Source: Methanothrix sp. (lineage in GTDB: Archaea; Halobacteriota; Methanosarcinia; Methanotrichales; Methanotrichaceae). From it: DNA of 30,997 nucleotides. Positions 17,412 through 26,886 of the stretch are shown here, in pieces. The stretch lies in assembly GCA_037128175.1 (NCBI GenBank), contig JBAXWY010000032.1:1-30997 (forward strand), read 5' to 3'. Below the pieces are notes generated by a model. It saw only the letters and a list, made by a program, of their open reading frames with translations, was not told the DNA's origin and did not search any database. A program made the position numbers and the translations under genes. Each line of letters opens with the position of its first letter. The first letter of the stretch is position 1.

Positions 17412-17647
17412 TGAAGCTTCCATTTCTTTCCTCACAGGAGGTCATTAAAACCTTAAGGAAAGCGGGATTCGATTATGCGCCAAAGAGGGGAAAAGGTAGC
17501 CATACTGCTCTTTTTAAAATTGACGAGCAAGGACGAAAACTGCTCGTGATAATTCCAAGAAGAAAAGACATGCCTAAGGGTGTTTTATTATCAATTCTAC
17601 AGCAGGCGAATCTATCAAAGGATGAATTTGTTGAACTCCTGATGTGA
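17411..17647 (+). CDS. hicA: HicA-family toxin (mRNA interferase)
   Basis: EVIKTLRKAGF...GKGSH...IIP...KGVLLSILQQANL. Confidence 0.9.
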   Translation: MKLPFLSSQEVIKTLRKAGFDYAPKRGKGSHTALFKIDEQGRKLLVIIPRRKDMPKGVLLSILQQANLSKDEFVELLM

Positions 17648-17696
17648 GGTTCACCCATCAAATATGTAGATCGTTTTCGTCTTGTCCTTCTCACAT

Positions 17697-18098
17697 GCCC
17701 TTGCTGACGATACGGTTTTTGTGTTGGAGGCCAATCCCTGGGCATCGCGCACAGTCCCTCTGGTCTCGAAGGTATGCAACATCTTCACCACAAAAGGGAC
17801 CCATGATTTCCTGGCTGTCAATGGTGTGAACGCGGATCTGATCCAGAAGCTTCAGGAAGGCCGGCCCAATATCGATGATGCCATCAAGAACGGGCAGATT
17901 CAGCTCGTCATCAACACGCACCTCGGCAGAGCCAGCCAGTATGACGATTCCTATATCAGAAAGGCGGTCATCAAGTACAAGGTGCTGTATAATACTACTA
18001 TTGCCGCCGCTTGTGCTGCCGCCAAAGGGATTGTCGCCTTCCGGAAGGGCAAATCGGGGGTAAAATCGCTTCAGGAATATCACGCGGATATAAGGTAA
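17697..18098 (+). pseudogene. carB: carB (carbamoyl-phosphate synthase large chain) C-terminal remnant with internal deletion
   Basis: VFVLEANPWASRTVPLVSKV (ATP-grasp end; normally NPRASRT) joined directly to MGS-domain TKGTHDFL...EGRPNIDDAIKNGQIQLVINT...DDSYIRK...VKSLQEYH. Only about 130 aa of a >1000-aa protein. Confidence 0.88.
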
Positions 18099-18432
18099 GA
18101 TGAATTGAGGGGATAGATACTTAATATGTTCTCTCCTCACACTTTTTCTATTCAAATTAGTACCCTGCGGTTAGCAAGGCGAGAGATTCATCGATGGATG
18201 CCAACTCGGTCCGACCAAGGAACTCTTCGAGCCCTAAATCGCATCTTATTGGCTCGACTTAATCTAAGTCCACCTAGGAAATGTGCAATCATGTCGTCCC
18301 TCTTCAAGCCTTAATTGGACTTGGGTACTATGTCGTGAGGAAGAGAGCCGCCTGAAATCGTCGTCAGGCTTGTGGACAAGTTCGATCGATATCATGGGAC
18401 CCAAGAGCCTAGCGAGTAAATGAGCGGATGAT

Positions 18433-19433
18433 ATGTTAACCTATCAGGTACGACCCAGAGTATTTTGGCACGATCCAGCAGAACCTCTCGTTTTCCCCAA
18501 CGATGCAGAGGTTCGGTTCCATCTGAAACCGCTTCAACCATTCGGTATGGAGGCAGGTGGTGGACATACCGCTGTACAAGCAGTAGAGGCGACGGCATTT
18601 TTCAATGCGAATACCGGTGAACACTCAATTGAGTCGAAAGTTCCACTTGAACCACTGGATGTCACAATCGAAGAACCAATTAGAACCGTATTACTTAAAG
18701 GAAATGTTCTTAGCTTCAAGGAGCATTTCGATGATATCCACAATCTAAATGATATGATCGAGAGCCTTTACTTTGTACTCCCCGGACTATTGAATATCGA
18801 ATTTGCGGATCCTCCGGTGATTGAGAGGGTAGATGGCATCGTAGGGGATTCTCATTTTAGGTGGCAATTGTCTAGCTGGGGCGGGCAATTCCGAATAACG
18901 ACACAGGAGAACCAGGAAATGGCTATGGGGCGTTCATGGGACCGCATAAGTATTTTGGCACATCCAAATCGGCGTCTTTTTGCAGCACTCTCGGGGAGTT
19001 CCTTCCAGAGGTTATACTAAACCTCGCTAAGACTTTGGAGGTCCTGTTTCCACCATCGGGGGAAGGTAAAACACGAGATGCAATACGGAATAAGCTTAAG
19101 GAACTTGGTTATAGCGAAGATGAAATTGAGGGGCATTTCATTCCGGCTATTGCCTTGAGAAATGAAATTGACGTGGGGCATGTGGGACTATGTAATTTCA
19201 AGACCGAACAACTCAAGATTATACATTCTTATTCAGAAAACGCTGAAGAATCCTTTAGAAAACTCCTCGTTAAAGTCTTAGATAAGGTTTCATCCGGTGA
19301 GTTCCAGATAGCTCCGTATGAAGTGGAGGGGGCTGGATCAGATGCCGCTAGAATCATCGATCGGATGCAGCAACATATGTGCCTTATTGCGTCCACAAAT
19401 TCCCATGTGCCGAAGAATTCAAACACTATGTAG
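18433..19433 (+). pseudogene. Split gene, possible HEPN-superfamily protein
   Basis: Overlapping ORFs 18433-19020 and 18936-19433 change frame near 18990 (RRLFAAL / GEFLPEVILNLAKTLEVLF). RNEIDVGH (Rx6H) at 19158-19181. Confidence 0.55.
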
Positions 19434-19600
19434 TGACGCACGAGATATACAGAGGAGAATCTCGTACTTGGTCCGTGATAGATATTGATGTCCGGTGTAA
19501 GAGTAAACGGCGAATTTCAGTCTCGAATTATCAGAACTTCAAGCTCCCTGCGATGGATACAGGTAATAAGTCCCAAGTTGCCTGCTTGGGGGTATTACGC

Positions 19601-22357
19601 TTAAAAATCAAACAGCGATTTCTGCTTTTGTTCTTTGGGCGCCTCGCAAAAGCTGAAAAGATTGCTCTGCCCCTTTCCTGCGCAGAGCCGGTCCCTGGTG
19701 ATCCCAAAGCTTTCGAAGATGCGCAGCACGGGCGGCAAGATCTGCTTTTCCACGTAGTATTCTGTGTCCAGGGGCAGGTTCTTCTCCAAAACATAGGCCG
19801 GGTCCTCTGCCCGGTTCACGAACAGCTCTTTGTTCTTTTTGCCCCTCTTTCCCTGGACGATGACAAAGGGCACCCTGTCGCCCACGCCCGGCACAGTTCC
19901 GCCCCGCTCTCTGATCTTCTCCACCAGTTGAATATGCGGCTGCTTGTTCTTGTAGGAGTCGGAGCTCTTGGTGTAGCGGCGCGTCAGAGTGAGGTCCTCC
20001 AGTAGGGACGGGTCCAAAGAGAGATCCAGATTCTGCAGCCGGAGCACCACGGCGCGGACGTGCTCTACCGCTTCCTCCACCTTGCCTTCTTTTAGCACCA
20101 GCTCCAGGCAGGTCTTGAGCGTCTTCGAGGTCAGACCGCACCAGTCGCGGCGCACCGTCTCCATGCCTCTCACCTTGATCTTATCCTTCCAGCCGTCACC
20201 CATCGGCTCGAAGACCCAGAGAGCGTAGCGCTTCTTGGCCAGGAATATGCCGCGCCGGGCGAAGGCCTCGAAGACCAGCTCCATGGGCTCGGGTAGAGAT
20301 GAGGTGACTGTTTTTGCAATCTTTCTGCCGATAAGCTCGGCATCTTCGAGCGTGAGGGCAGCAGGCCCGGCGGGCCGCAGCCGCACAAAAACGCTGTCCG
20401 TATCGCCGTAGACCACGGAAAGGTCAAAGCATTTCTCTGCCGCCTTCCCGAAAGGCAGCGCATCCTTGAAGACCACCTCTCCGTCTATCACATAGGCCGA
20501 GCCGATCTCATCGATGATCTTCTGGGTGCGCAGAATGTTCTCCCTGCCAAATGAGGTAACGGCATTGGCCAGCGCCAGGCTGTAGAGCCGGGCGCGAGCA
20601 TAACCGGAGTAGCCGTAAAAGCTGTTGAGCAGAATCTTCATGGCGTTTTGCTTGGCATCTAAAAAGCTACGTTCCTCTTCATGGATTTTTTTTATCGGTT
20701 GGTTGATTTGGGTCTCTTTTTCGATCTCCTCACAGCGGCGCAACTCCTCGCTGGCCTTTTTCATCAGCTTCTTTGTCTTGGTCCTCTCATCAAGCAACTC
20801 CCGCAAGACGGCAGGCATGATGCCCGGTGAGACCTGGGGGGAGACGAACCTGCCGCCCGAGGGGGCAGTTATGATGCTTTCGCTCCCGTTCATCTTTGCC
20901 ACATTGTCATCGGCCGTTGAACCGGAAAGAACGGTTGTGTAGCAAAGGTTATGGGCCATCATAATGGTGGGATAAAGGGACTTGTAGTCCAAAATGACCA
21001 CATCCTCCACCAGCCCTTTCACCGGCACCAGGACGGCTCCCCCTTTCAGGCCCTCGTTCTCCACATAGCGCTCATCCGAGACCTCTGCATCGGGCTTGGG
21101 CGGCACCACCCGGCCGCGCTCGCGAAAGCGGCGCATGAGCAGGTTTTCAACCATGCCTGACTGCCCGCCGTTCACAACGTCCTGCAGCAATGAGCCGCTG
21201 GCCCGGGAGAGGGCGATGTACTTGTCCATGAGCCGCAGGTCGAGGAGCATGTGCATCGCCAGTACGGCATCTCTTCGCGAGTAGCTGATGAAGCGGCGGA
21301 GACCCTCGCCGCTTTCGCCCCAGAGGCCCTCGATCTCTTTGGGGTCCACATCGTACTTCTCCATTCTAAGAAGCTCGGCAGCCGCGTTTCGGAGGGTGTA
21401 CTGCTTGAGGCTGTAGGAGGTGCGGATGATGGGCAAGAGGTCCACCACCACCCGGCCGGTAATGGAGACGTCGGTTCTGCTTACGATCTTTCGTATGTAC
21501 CAGGAGTTGTTGTCCCGGCCCACTCGCGCCTCCACGTGATTTTGCCTGCACCTCTCTTGCAGGTAGGGAAAATCGAACTCATTGGAGTTGTAGCCGGCCA
21601 GGATATCCGGATTGTAATCCCGGACGATTGCTACAAATTGGGCTAAGAGGTCGTACTCATCCTGGCAGGCTCTGGTGTCCGGGCGAGGGCAGTCGATATT
21701 CTTTCCCACCAGCACCAGGTCCTTATTGCCCTGATATTTTGGCTCAAAGGCCATGCTGATCAAAATGACTGGCGACTTTTCTGCCTTGGGCATCTCTCCA
21801 TGATCAGGCAGGCACTCGATATCAAAGCTCATAAAGCGCAGCGGTGCATTGGTCTCATGCGAAACCGGATGCATTGACTCAACGTGTATCGGTGGTAAGG
21901 CCGGGGCGGCTCCCGTCGCGCCGCCGCCCGCGGTCCATTCCGGAATGGGGGCCTCCACCCATCCCATACCGCCTAAAGAGCGGTCGATAAGAAACCTGTT
22001 TTTGAAGAGAATGTCCGTCTCGTAGACGGCCTTGATGCCTGCCACCTCTTTGGCCCTTTCCCTGAGACTTCTCACCTCTTTGGGGTCGTGGGTGGTGATC
22101 TTGAGCATCTTCTGGGGGGTGGTCTGAAAGCCGATGGGCAAAAAGCGCTCCACCTCCTCGACCTCCAATCCCTGTGCTAAAAGATCCTCTAGGGCGCTCC
22201 TTCTAAGGTTTTCCTCCACGCCTGCATAAAAGTAGGGGCGAAAGCCTGCTACTCGGCAGGTAACGCTTTTTCCCTGTGGGGTGGTGCCGAAGAGCTGCAC
22301 CAGTGGATTTCTATCAGAATCATAGGTGTAGTTGGCGTCCAGGATCTGGAAGATCAT
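19601..22357 (-). CDS. polB: Family B DNA polymerase
   Basis: Exo motifs SFDIEC and GYNSNEFDFPYL; DYKSLYPTIM; KILLNSFYGY; YGDTDS; KKRY; C-terminal PIP box QKSLFDF. Confidence 0.98.
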   Translation of the reverse strand: MIFQILDANYTYDSDRNPLVQLFGTTPQGKSVTCRVAGFRPYFYAGVEENLRRSALEDLLAQGLEVEEVERFLPIGFQTTPQKMLKITTHDPKEVRSLRERAKEVAGIKAVYETDILFKNRFLIDRSLGGMGWVEAPIPEWTAGGGATGAAPALPPIHVESMHPVSHETNAPLRFMSFDIECLPDHGEMPKAEKSPVILISMAFEPKYQGNKDLVLVGKNIDCPRPDTRACQDEYDLLAQFVAIVRDYNPDILAGYNSNEFDFPYLQERCRQNHVEARVGRDNNSWYIRKIVSRTDVSITGRVVVDLLPIIRTSYSLKQYTLRNAAAELLRMEKYDVDPKEIEGLWGESGEGLRRFISYSRRDAVLAMHMLLDLRLMDKYIALSRASGSLLQDVVNGGQSGMVENLLMRRFRERGRVVPPKPDAEVSDERYVENEGLKGGAVLVPVKGLVEDVVILDYKSLYPTIMMAHNLCYTTVLSGSTADDNVAKMNGSESIITAPSGGRFVSPQVSPGIMPAVLRELLDERTKTKKLMKKASEELRRCEEIEKETQINQPIKKIHEEERSFLDAKQNAMKILLNSFYGYSGYARARLYSLALANAVTSFGRENILRTQKIIDEIGSAYVIDGEVVFKDALPFGKAAEKCFDLSVVYGDTDSVFVRLRPAGPAALTLEDAELIGRKIAKTVTSSLPEPMELVFEAFARRGIFLAKKRYALWVFEPMGDGWKDKIKVRGMETVRRDWCGLTSKTLKTCLELVLKEGKVEEAVEHVRAVVLRLQNLDLSLDPSLLEDLTLTRRYTKSSDSYKNKQPHIQLVEKIRERGGTVPGVGDRVPFVIVQGKRGKKNKELFVNRAEDPAYVLEKNLPLDTEYYVEKQILPPVLRIFESFGITRDRLCAGKGQSNLFSFCEAPKEQKQKSLFDF

Positions 22358-22465
22358 TGTTTATAAATGGAAATTTCGGCTTAAATAGCTAATTGTGCCG
22401 GGAGCATCACAACTATATATGTACATGAAAGACAATAATGTTAGATAGTTGTCTGGAGAAAAACG

Positions 22466-22774
22466 ATGATAAGAAAGACCTGCTTTTATAATAATCTGTA
22501 TATTATGATACTAATTTTCATCATTCTCACATCCCCGTCCTTTATTGCTTTGTCATCCGCTGCAACTGATAATTCGGCACTCACGAATTTTATATCTCAG
22601 AATGAGGACCCACGAATGGGCGTGAAGGATCTAGCATTCTTTTTGGTCACACACGATTTTGATGCCGTTCCTAAGAAAGACCACGTTGAAGTCCAAATAG
22701 ATGGTACCGTTTACAAGTTGGTGCCCAATGGTCAATATCCCGGACTGGCCAATGTAACCGTAGCGTCTCTATAA
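22466..22774 (+). CDS. Small exported hypothetical protein
   Basis: 102 aa with a hydrophobic N-terminal signal-like segment. Confidence 0.7.
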   Translation: MIRKTCFYNNLYIMILIFIILTSPSFIALSSAATDNSALTNFISQNEDPRMGVKDLAFFLVTHDFDAVPKKDHVEVQIDGTVYKLVPNGQYPGLANVTVASL

Positions 22775-22848
22775 ATGAACAAGTTTAAAAAATGAAGATA
22801 AGTAATAAGTATTACGAGTAATAACTAATTGGTGAGGAGATTAAAATT

Positions 22849-25707
22849 ATGCAAGCCTTGGTAAAATTCATTTTCGGATTTCTTCTGATCGCTTTTCTGG
22901 TTACGGGTTCTCTGGCCGCGGAAGAAAAGACCTCTAAGCAAATTCTAATTCTTGCCTCCTATAATCTTGGGATGAAATGGGAGGATAGTATCATCTCCGA
23001 GATAAAGCATGAATTTGCCATTTATATGCCTTCGGCAATTATTAATGTCGAATTCATGGACACAAAGAGAATCGATCCAAATGTTGCCCGTCTGGCTGAC
23101 CTGAAGGCATTGTATCTTAAAAAGTTTAATGATCGCCACTTCGATGCAATTATTTCTACCGATACCGACGCATTCAAATTCCTGCTTAATAACAGCGAGG
23201 CGATTTTTCCGGGAACGCCGATCGTCTTCTGCGGCGTCATCAGCTTCGAAGATGAGATGCTGCGAGGAAAACGAAATTTCACAGGCGTAATGGAAGTATT
23301 CGATATCAAGGATACCATTTTATTGATGCTCAAATTGCATCCTCATACAAAGCTTATTGCTGTTGTAAATGATAATACAACAACCGGTCAGTCCAATCGA
23401 AAGATTATGGATGCAGCAATTCCAGAATTCGAGGGCAAGGTATCCTTTGAGTACCTTGATAACCTCACGGCAAAGGAGCTCGCGCAGCGTGTCTCTACCC
23501 TACCTAATGATAGCCTCATCTTGGAGATGACCTTCAATCGGGACCGGGCGGGAAAGATATTGACTTATGAAGATGCAACCAGCCTAATCAAAGGGGCCTG
23601 CTCCGTTCCAGTTTATGCATTGTGGGAGTTCCTGATGGGATATGGTGTTGTAGGAGGAAAGATGCTCACGGTCTCATCTCAAGGAAGCGAGGCGGCGAAG
23701 CTTGCCTTCCGCATCTTAGGAGGTGAATCGGCAGAGAATATTCCTGTGATAAGAGTGAACACCAACCGTTACATGTTTGATAATTTTGAGCTGATTCGTC
23801 TTGGCATTCCCATCTCCAGCTTGCCTCCAGATAGCGTAATAATTAACCAGCCATTCCAATCACGCGTTGATCTCAGCGACAAGAACCTGAGCGGCCTTGA
23901 TCTATCCGGGGCCAACCTGGGCCGCTCGCAGCTACAAAATTGCAATCTGGAAATGACGAACTTAAGCGGATCAGTGCTGGAAGGATCCGAATTAGGCGAA
24001 GCCCGGCTGGTCAGAACCAACTTCCGGGGGGCAACCATGGATGAGACAGACATAGATGGATCTGATCTGTCTTTTGCCGATCTAGCTGGCGCTATTCTGG
24101 TCGGATCTGACATCACCGGCTCGAATCTGACGGGAGCGAACCTTCGCGGAGCTGATCTGGGCCAGGCTCGTTTGCCAAATGTCATTCTGGTGGGTGCAAA
24201 TCTGGATAAGGCAAACTTGACCGCTGTCGATCTTCAAAGTGCCGATCTTACCGGAGCCTCATTATTTGGGGCATACTTAAGGCGGGCTAACTTACGTAAT
24301 TCGCGACTAATGCAAGCTAACCTCTCCGAGGCAGATCTTGTCGGAACCAATCTGATGGCTTCGGATATGACAGGGGTAACTCTTTTTAAAGCCAACCTGG
24401 AAGAGGCCAGAATATCCGGTGCGATATTCGTAGATGCAAACCTGAGCGCTGTCGACCTTATGGCATCTAACCTCAGCACCTCAAACCTGACGGGAGCAAA
24501 TCTAGCCAATGCCTACATGAGGCGGGTCATGCTGAAGGATGCGATCCTGAAAGGTGTAGATCTTTCCGGAGCAGACCTGGTTGGGGCTAATATGATTGAT
24601 GCGGATCTGTCGAATGCAGATCTTAGCGGTGCGGATATCTCGGAGAGCCGCTGTCATGGCGCAAACTTCGTCGGCTCTCGACTAATCAATTCCCGCATTG
24701 GGTTTGCCAATATGACTTACACCAATCTCAGCATGGCGAACCTCTCCGGATCGGATCTTGCGGCTTCTGGTATGGATGGTTCCGATCTCACCAACGCAAA
24801 TCTCTCTGGCGCAAATCTCGAAGTTGCCTATATGCACAAAACGAGACTTGTCGGAGCCGATCTATCAAGTGCCAGTTTGCCCGGAGCGCATCTCGAAGAT
24901 TCCGATCTATCGAACTCGAATCTGGAAAACGCCGATCTTACCGGTGCAATGCTAAGCGGGTGCAATCTGACCGGTTCAAATCTGAATGGAGCCCGGCTTC
25001 TTGGTGCGGATCTTAGCCAGGCTATCCTGGAAGGTGCATATATGACCCGCACCAACATGATGGGCGCCAAAATGAGCTGGGTGGATATGGGCGACAGCAG
25101 TCTCACAGATTGCCAGTTCACCAGATCGGAACTATTTGGAGCCAACCTCAGTAATTGCGACCTGACCGGTTCGGACTTTACCCGAGCATATTTGGTGAGA
25201 ACCAATCTATCAGGTTGCACTCTGAAGGGCGCTACCTTGGATTACGCAGACCTTACCGGGGCAAATCTGAGAAATGCCCAAATGAGCCGGGCGCGACTCG
25301 TGAACGTATTTCTGAATGATGCCGACTTATCCGGCGCGGACCTCACGGAATCTTATCTTTATGGCATGACTCTCAAGGAAACTGTTTGGAGCAAGGCGAA
25401 ATTGAGATCGTCCAGCATAATATTGCTGAACTTCTTGGATGCAGATTTCAGTGGCGCCGACCTAAAGAAGGTCCGTTTTGCCCAGACCTACATGAATAAC
25501 ACCAACTTTTCCGGCGCGGATCTGAGTGGTGCCGTCTTTGACACATCGGCCTTCGAAAACGCTGATTTTACTGGTGCAAATCTGCAGGGAATCAAGTACG
25601 ATTCCATAGCGCTTGGTTTTTTCGCCGTATCCAAGCTCGATGGGGCCATGATGAGCGCGGATTTGCAAACGGATCTGGAAAAATTGCGGTCAGGGAATAC
25701 GACCTGA
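22849..25707 (+). CDS. Exported protein: periplasmic-binding/sensor-like domain fused to about 600 aa of pentapeptide repeats
   Basis: Signal peptide; ILILASY...EFMDTKR...PIVFCGV...YGVVGG...LPPDSVIINQP (ABC substrate-binding-like sensor domain); then A(N/D)LxG repeats to the C-terminus. Confidence 0.88.
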   Translation: MQALVKFIFGFLLIAFLVTGSLAAEEKTSKQILILASYNLGMKWEDSIISEIKHEFAIYMPSAIINVEFMDTKRIDPNVARLADLKALYLKKFNDRHFDAIISTDTDAFKFLLNNSEAIFPGTPIVFCGVISFEDEMLRGKRNFTGVMEVFDIKDTILLMLKLHPHTKLIAVVNDNTTTGQSNRKIMDAAIPEFEGKVSFEYLDNLTAKELAQRVSTLPNDSLILEMTFNRDRAGKILTYEDATSLIKGACSVPVYALWEFLMGYGVVGGKMLTVSSQGSEAAKLAFRILGGESAENIPVIRVNTNRYMFDNFELIRLGIPISSLPPDSVIINQPFQSRVDLSDKNLSGLDLSGANLGRSQLQNCNLEMTNLSGSVLEGSELGEARLVRTNFRGATMDETDIDGSDLSFADLAGAILVGSDITGSNLTGANLRGADLGQARLPNVILVGANLDKANLTAVDLQSADLTGASLFGAYLRRANLRNSRLMQANLSEADLVGTNLMASDMTGVTLFKANLEEARISGAIFVDANLSAVDLMASNLSTSNLTGANLANAYMRRVMLKDAILKGVDLSGADLVGANMIDADLSNADLSGADISESRCHGANFVGSRLINSRIGFANMTYTNLSMANLSGSDLAASGMDGSDLTNANLSGANLEVAYMHKTRLVGADLSSASLPGAHLEDSDLSNSNLENADLTGAMLSGCNLTGSNLNGARLLGADLSQAILEGAYMTRTNMMGAKMSWVDMGDSSLTDCQFTRSELFGANLSNCDLTGSDFTRAYLVRTNLSGCTLKGATLDYADLTGANLRNAQMSRARLVNVFLNDADLSGADLTESYLYGMTLKETVWSKAKLRSSSIILLNFLDADFSGADLKKVRFAQTYMNNTNFSGADLSGAVFDTSAFENADFTGANLQGIKYDSIALGFFAVSKLDGAMMSADLQTDLEKLRSGNTT

Positions 25708-25725
25708 CCAAACTTTGCTCAGGGG

Positions 25726-26784
25726 ATGATGATAATGCATAAGAAAATTTATGCGTGGAATGTGATTCTGTGTGCGCTTCTCTTAGCTGGCTTTACCGGA
25801 GATTGCAGTGCGGCAATTGATAACTCATTAAATGTGACTCTGATCGTAACTGGTCCTATTGGAACCTACGGCTGGGCTTACGATGGCCATGTGGGCGCAT
25901 CCAAAATGGCCCAGGAACTTCCTTACGTGAAACTTTCCGAGATAGAGAATGCTGACGCCCAGGATGCACCCCGAATATTGAGAGAATGCGCCGAAAATGG
26001 ATCTAAACTTATATTCTGTCACAGCTACGACCTCATAAATGCAATCAAGGAAGTAGCTCCTGAATATCCGGATGTCACTTTCATGTTGGGCGGAGGGACA
26101 GAAAAACTGGCCCCCAATGCCGGAGTTTATTACGAAAAGATGTATGAGGCTATGTATCTTGCTGGAATCGTGGCAGGTAATATGACCAAGACAGACAAGA
26201 TCGCTCTTGCCGCAGCCCTTCCCACATCCCTGGTAATAAATTACCTCAATGCCTTTGCCAGGGGAGTCGCATCTTCCAACCCCAATGCTAAGGTTTATGT
26301 GGAGTGGATCGGAAACTGGTACGACCCGGGAAAAGAGCGGGCTGTAGCCCTATCACTTATCCATAAGGGGTGCGATATCATAACCCATGCGTCCAATTCT
26401 GATACGACGGGTCAAACGGCTGATGAGATGGGCACTTACTTCATATCTTCCGGTTCAGATGTAGGCCGTTTCTCTCCTCGCGTATGCCTCACGGGCGCAA
26501 TCTGGGACATGGGACCCATTATGACCGATATTGTAGAATCTGTGCATAACGGGACATGGAATTCTCAACCCGGACAGGAATGGGGGTACGGCCTGGCGGA
26601 AGGCGGAGTGAAGCTGGCACCTTTTGGCAAAATGGTTCCAGGCAATGTCAGATCTTTTGTAGACGAGAAGCAAAAGGAGATTATGCAGAAAAAACTGGCA
26701 ATATTCCCGGGCATGAGTGATAAAGAGCTGAATAATATGTATTATCTCGAATCAAATGTTGTGGGCGAGCTGCCAAAATCATAG
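25726..26784 (+). CDS. BMP-family ABC transporter substrate-binding protein
   Basis: GPIGTYGWAYDGHVG, YLAGIVAGNMTKT, NAFARG, WIGNWYDPGKE, GLAEGGVKLAP. Confidence 0.9.
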   Translation: MMIMHKKIYAWNVILCALLLAGFTGDCSAAIDNSLNVTLIVTGPIGTYGWAYDGHVGASKMAQELPYVKLSEIENADAQDAPRILRECAENGSKLIFCHSYDLINAIKEVAPEYPDVTFMLGGGTEKLAPNAGVYYEKMYEAMYLAGIVAGNMTKTDKIALAAALPTSLVINYLNAFARGVASSNPNAKVYVEWIGNWYDPGKERAVALSLIHKGCDIITHASNSDTTGQTADEMGTYFISSGSDVGRFSPRVCLTGAIWDMGPIMTDIVESVHNGTWNSQPGQEWGYGLAEGGVKLAPFGKMVPGNVRSFVDEKQKEIMQKKLAIFPGMSDKELNNMYYLESNVVGELPKS

Positions 26785-26886
26785 GCGCTTTCTTTTTTTC
26801 TGAATTGGTGTGGTTTATCTTATTGCCTACTCGGCGAAGTTCACTCCTGATTAAAAATTAATAGTAGTAGTGCAGATAGTATTGTC

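Noticed and set aside
18100-18430. Possible integron attC sites or hairpins (e.g. CTAAGTCCA...TGGACTTGG) in the accessory patch
   Set aside because: Only short imperfect inverted repeats; I could not establish paired RYYYAAC/GTTRRRY boxes or repetition between genes, and there is no integrase.
19601-22357. Intein in PolB
   Set aside because: Motifs A, B and C are contiguous; no C...HN splice junctions or LAGLIDADG block; length is normal.
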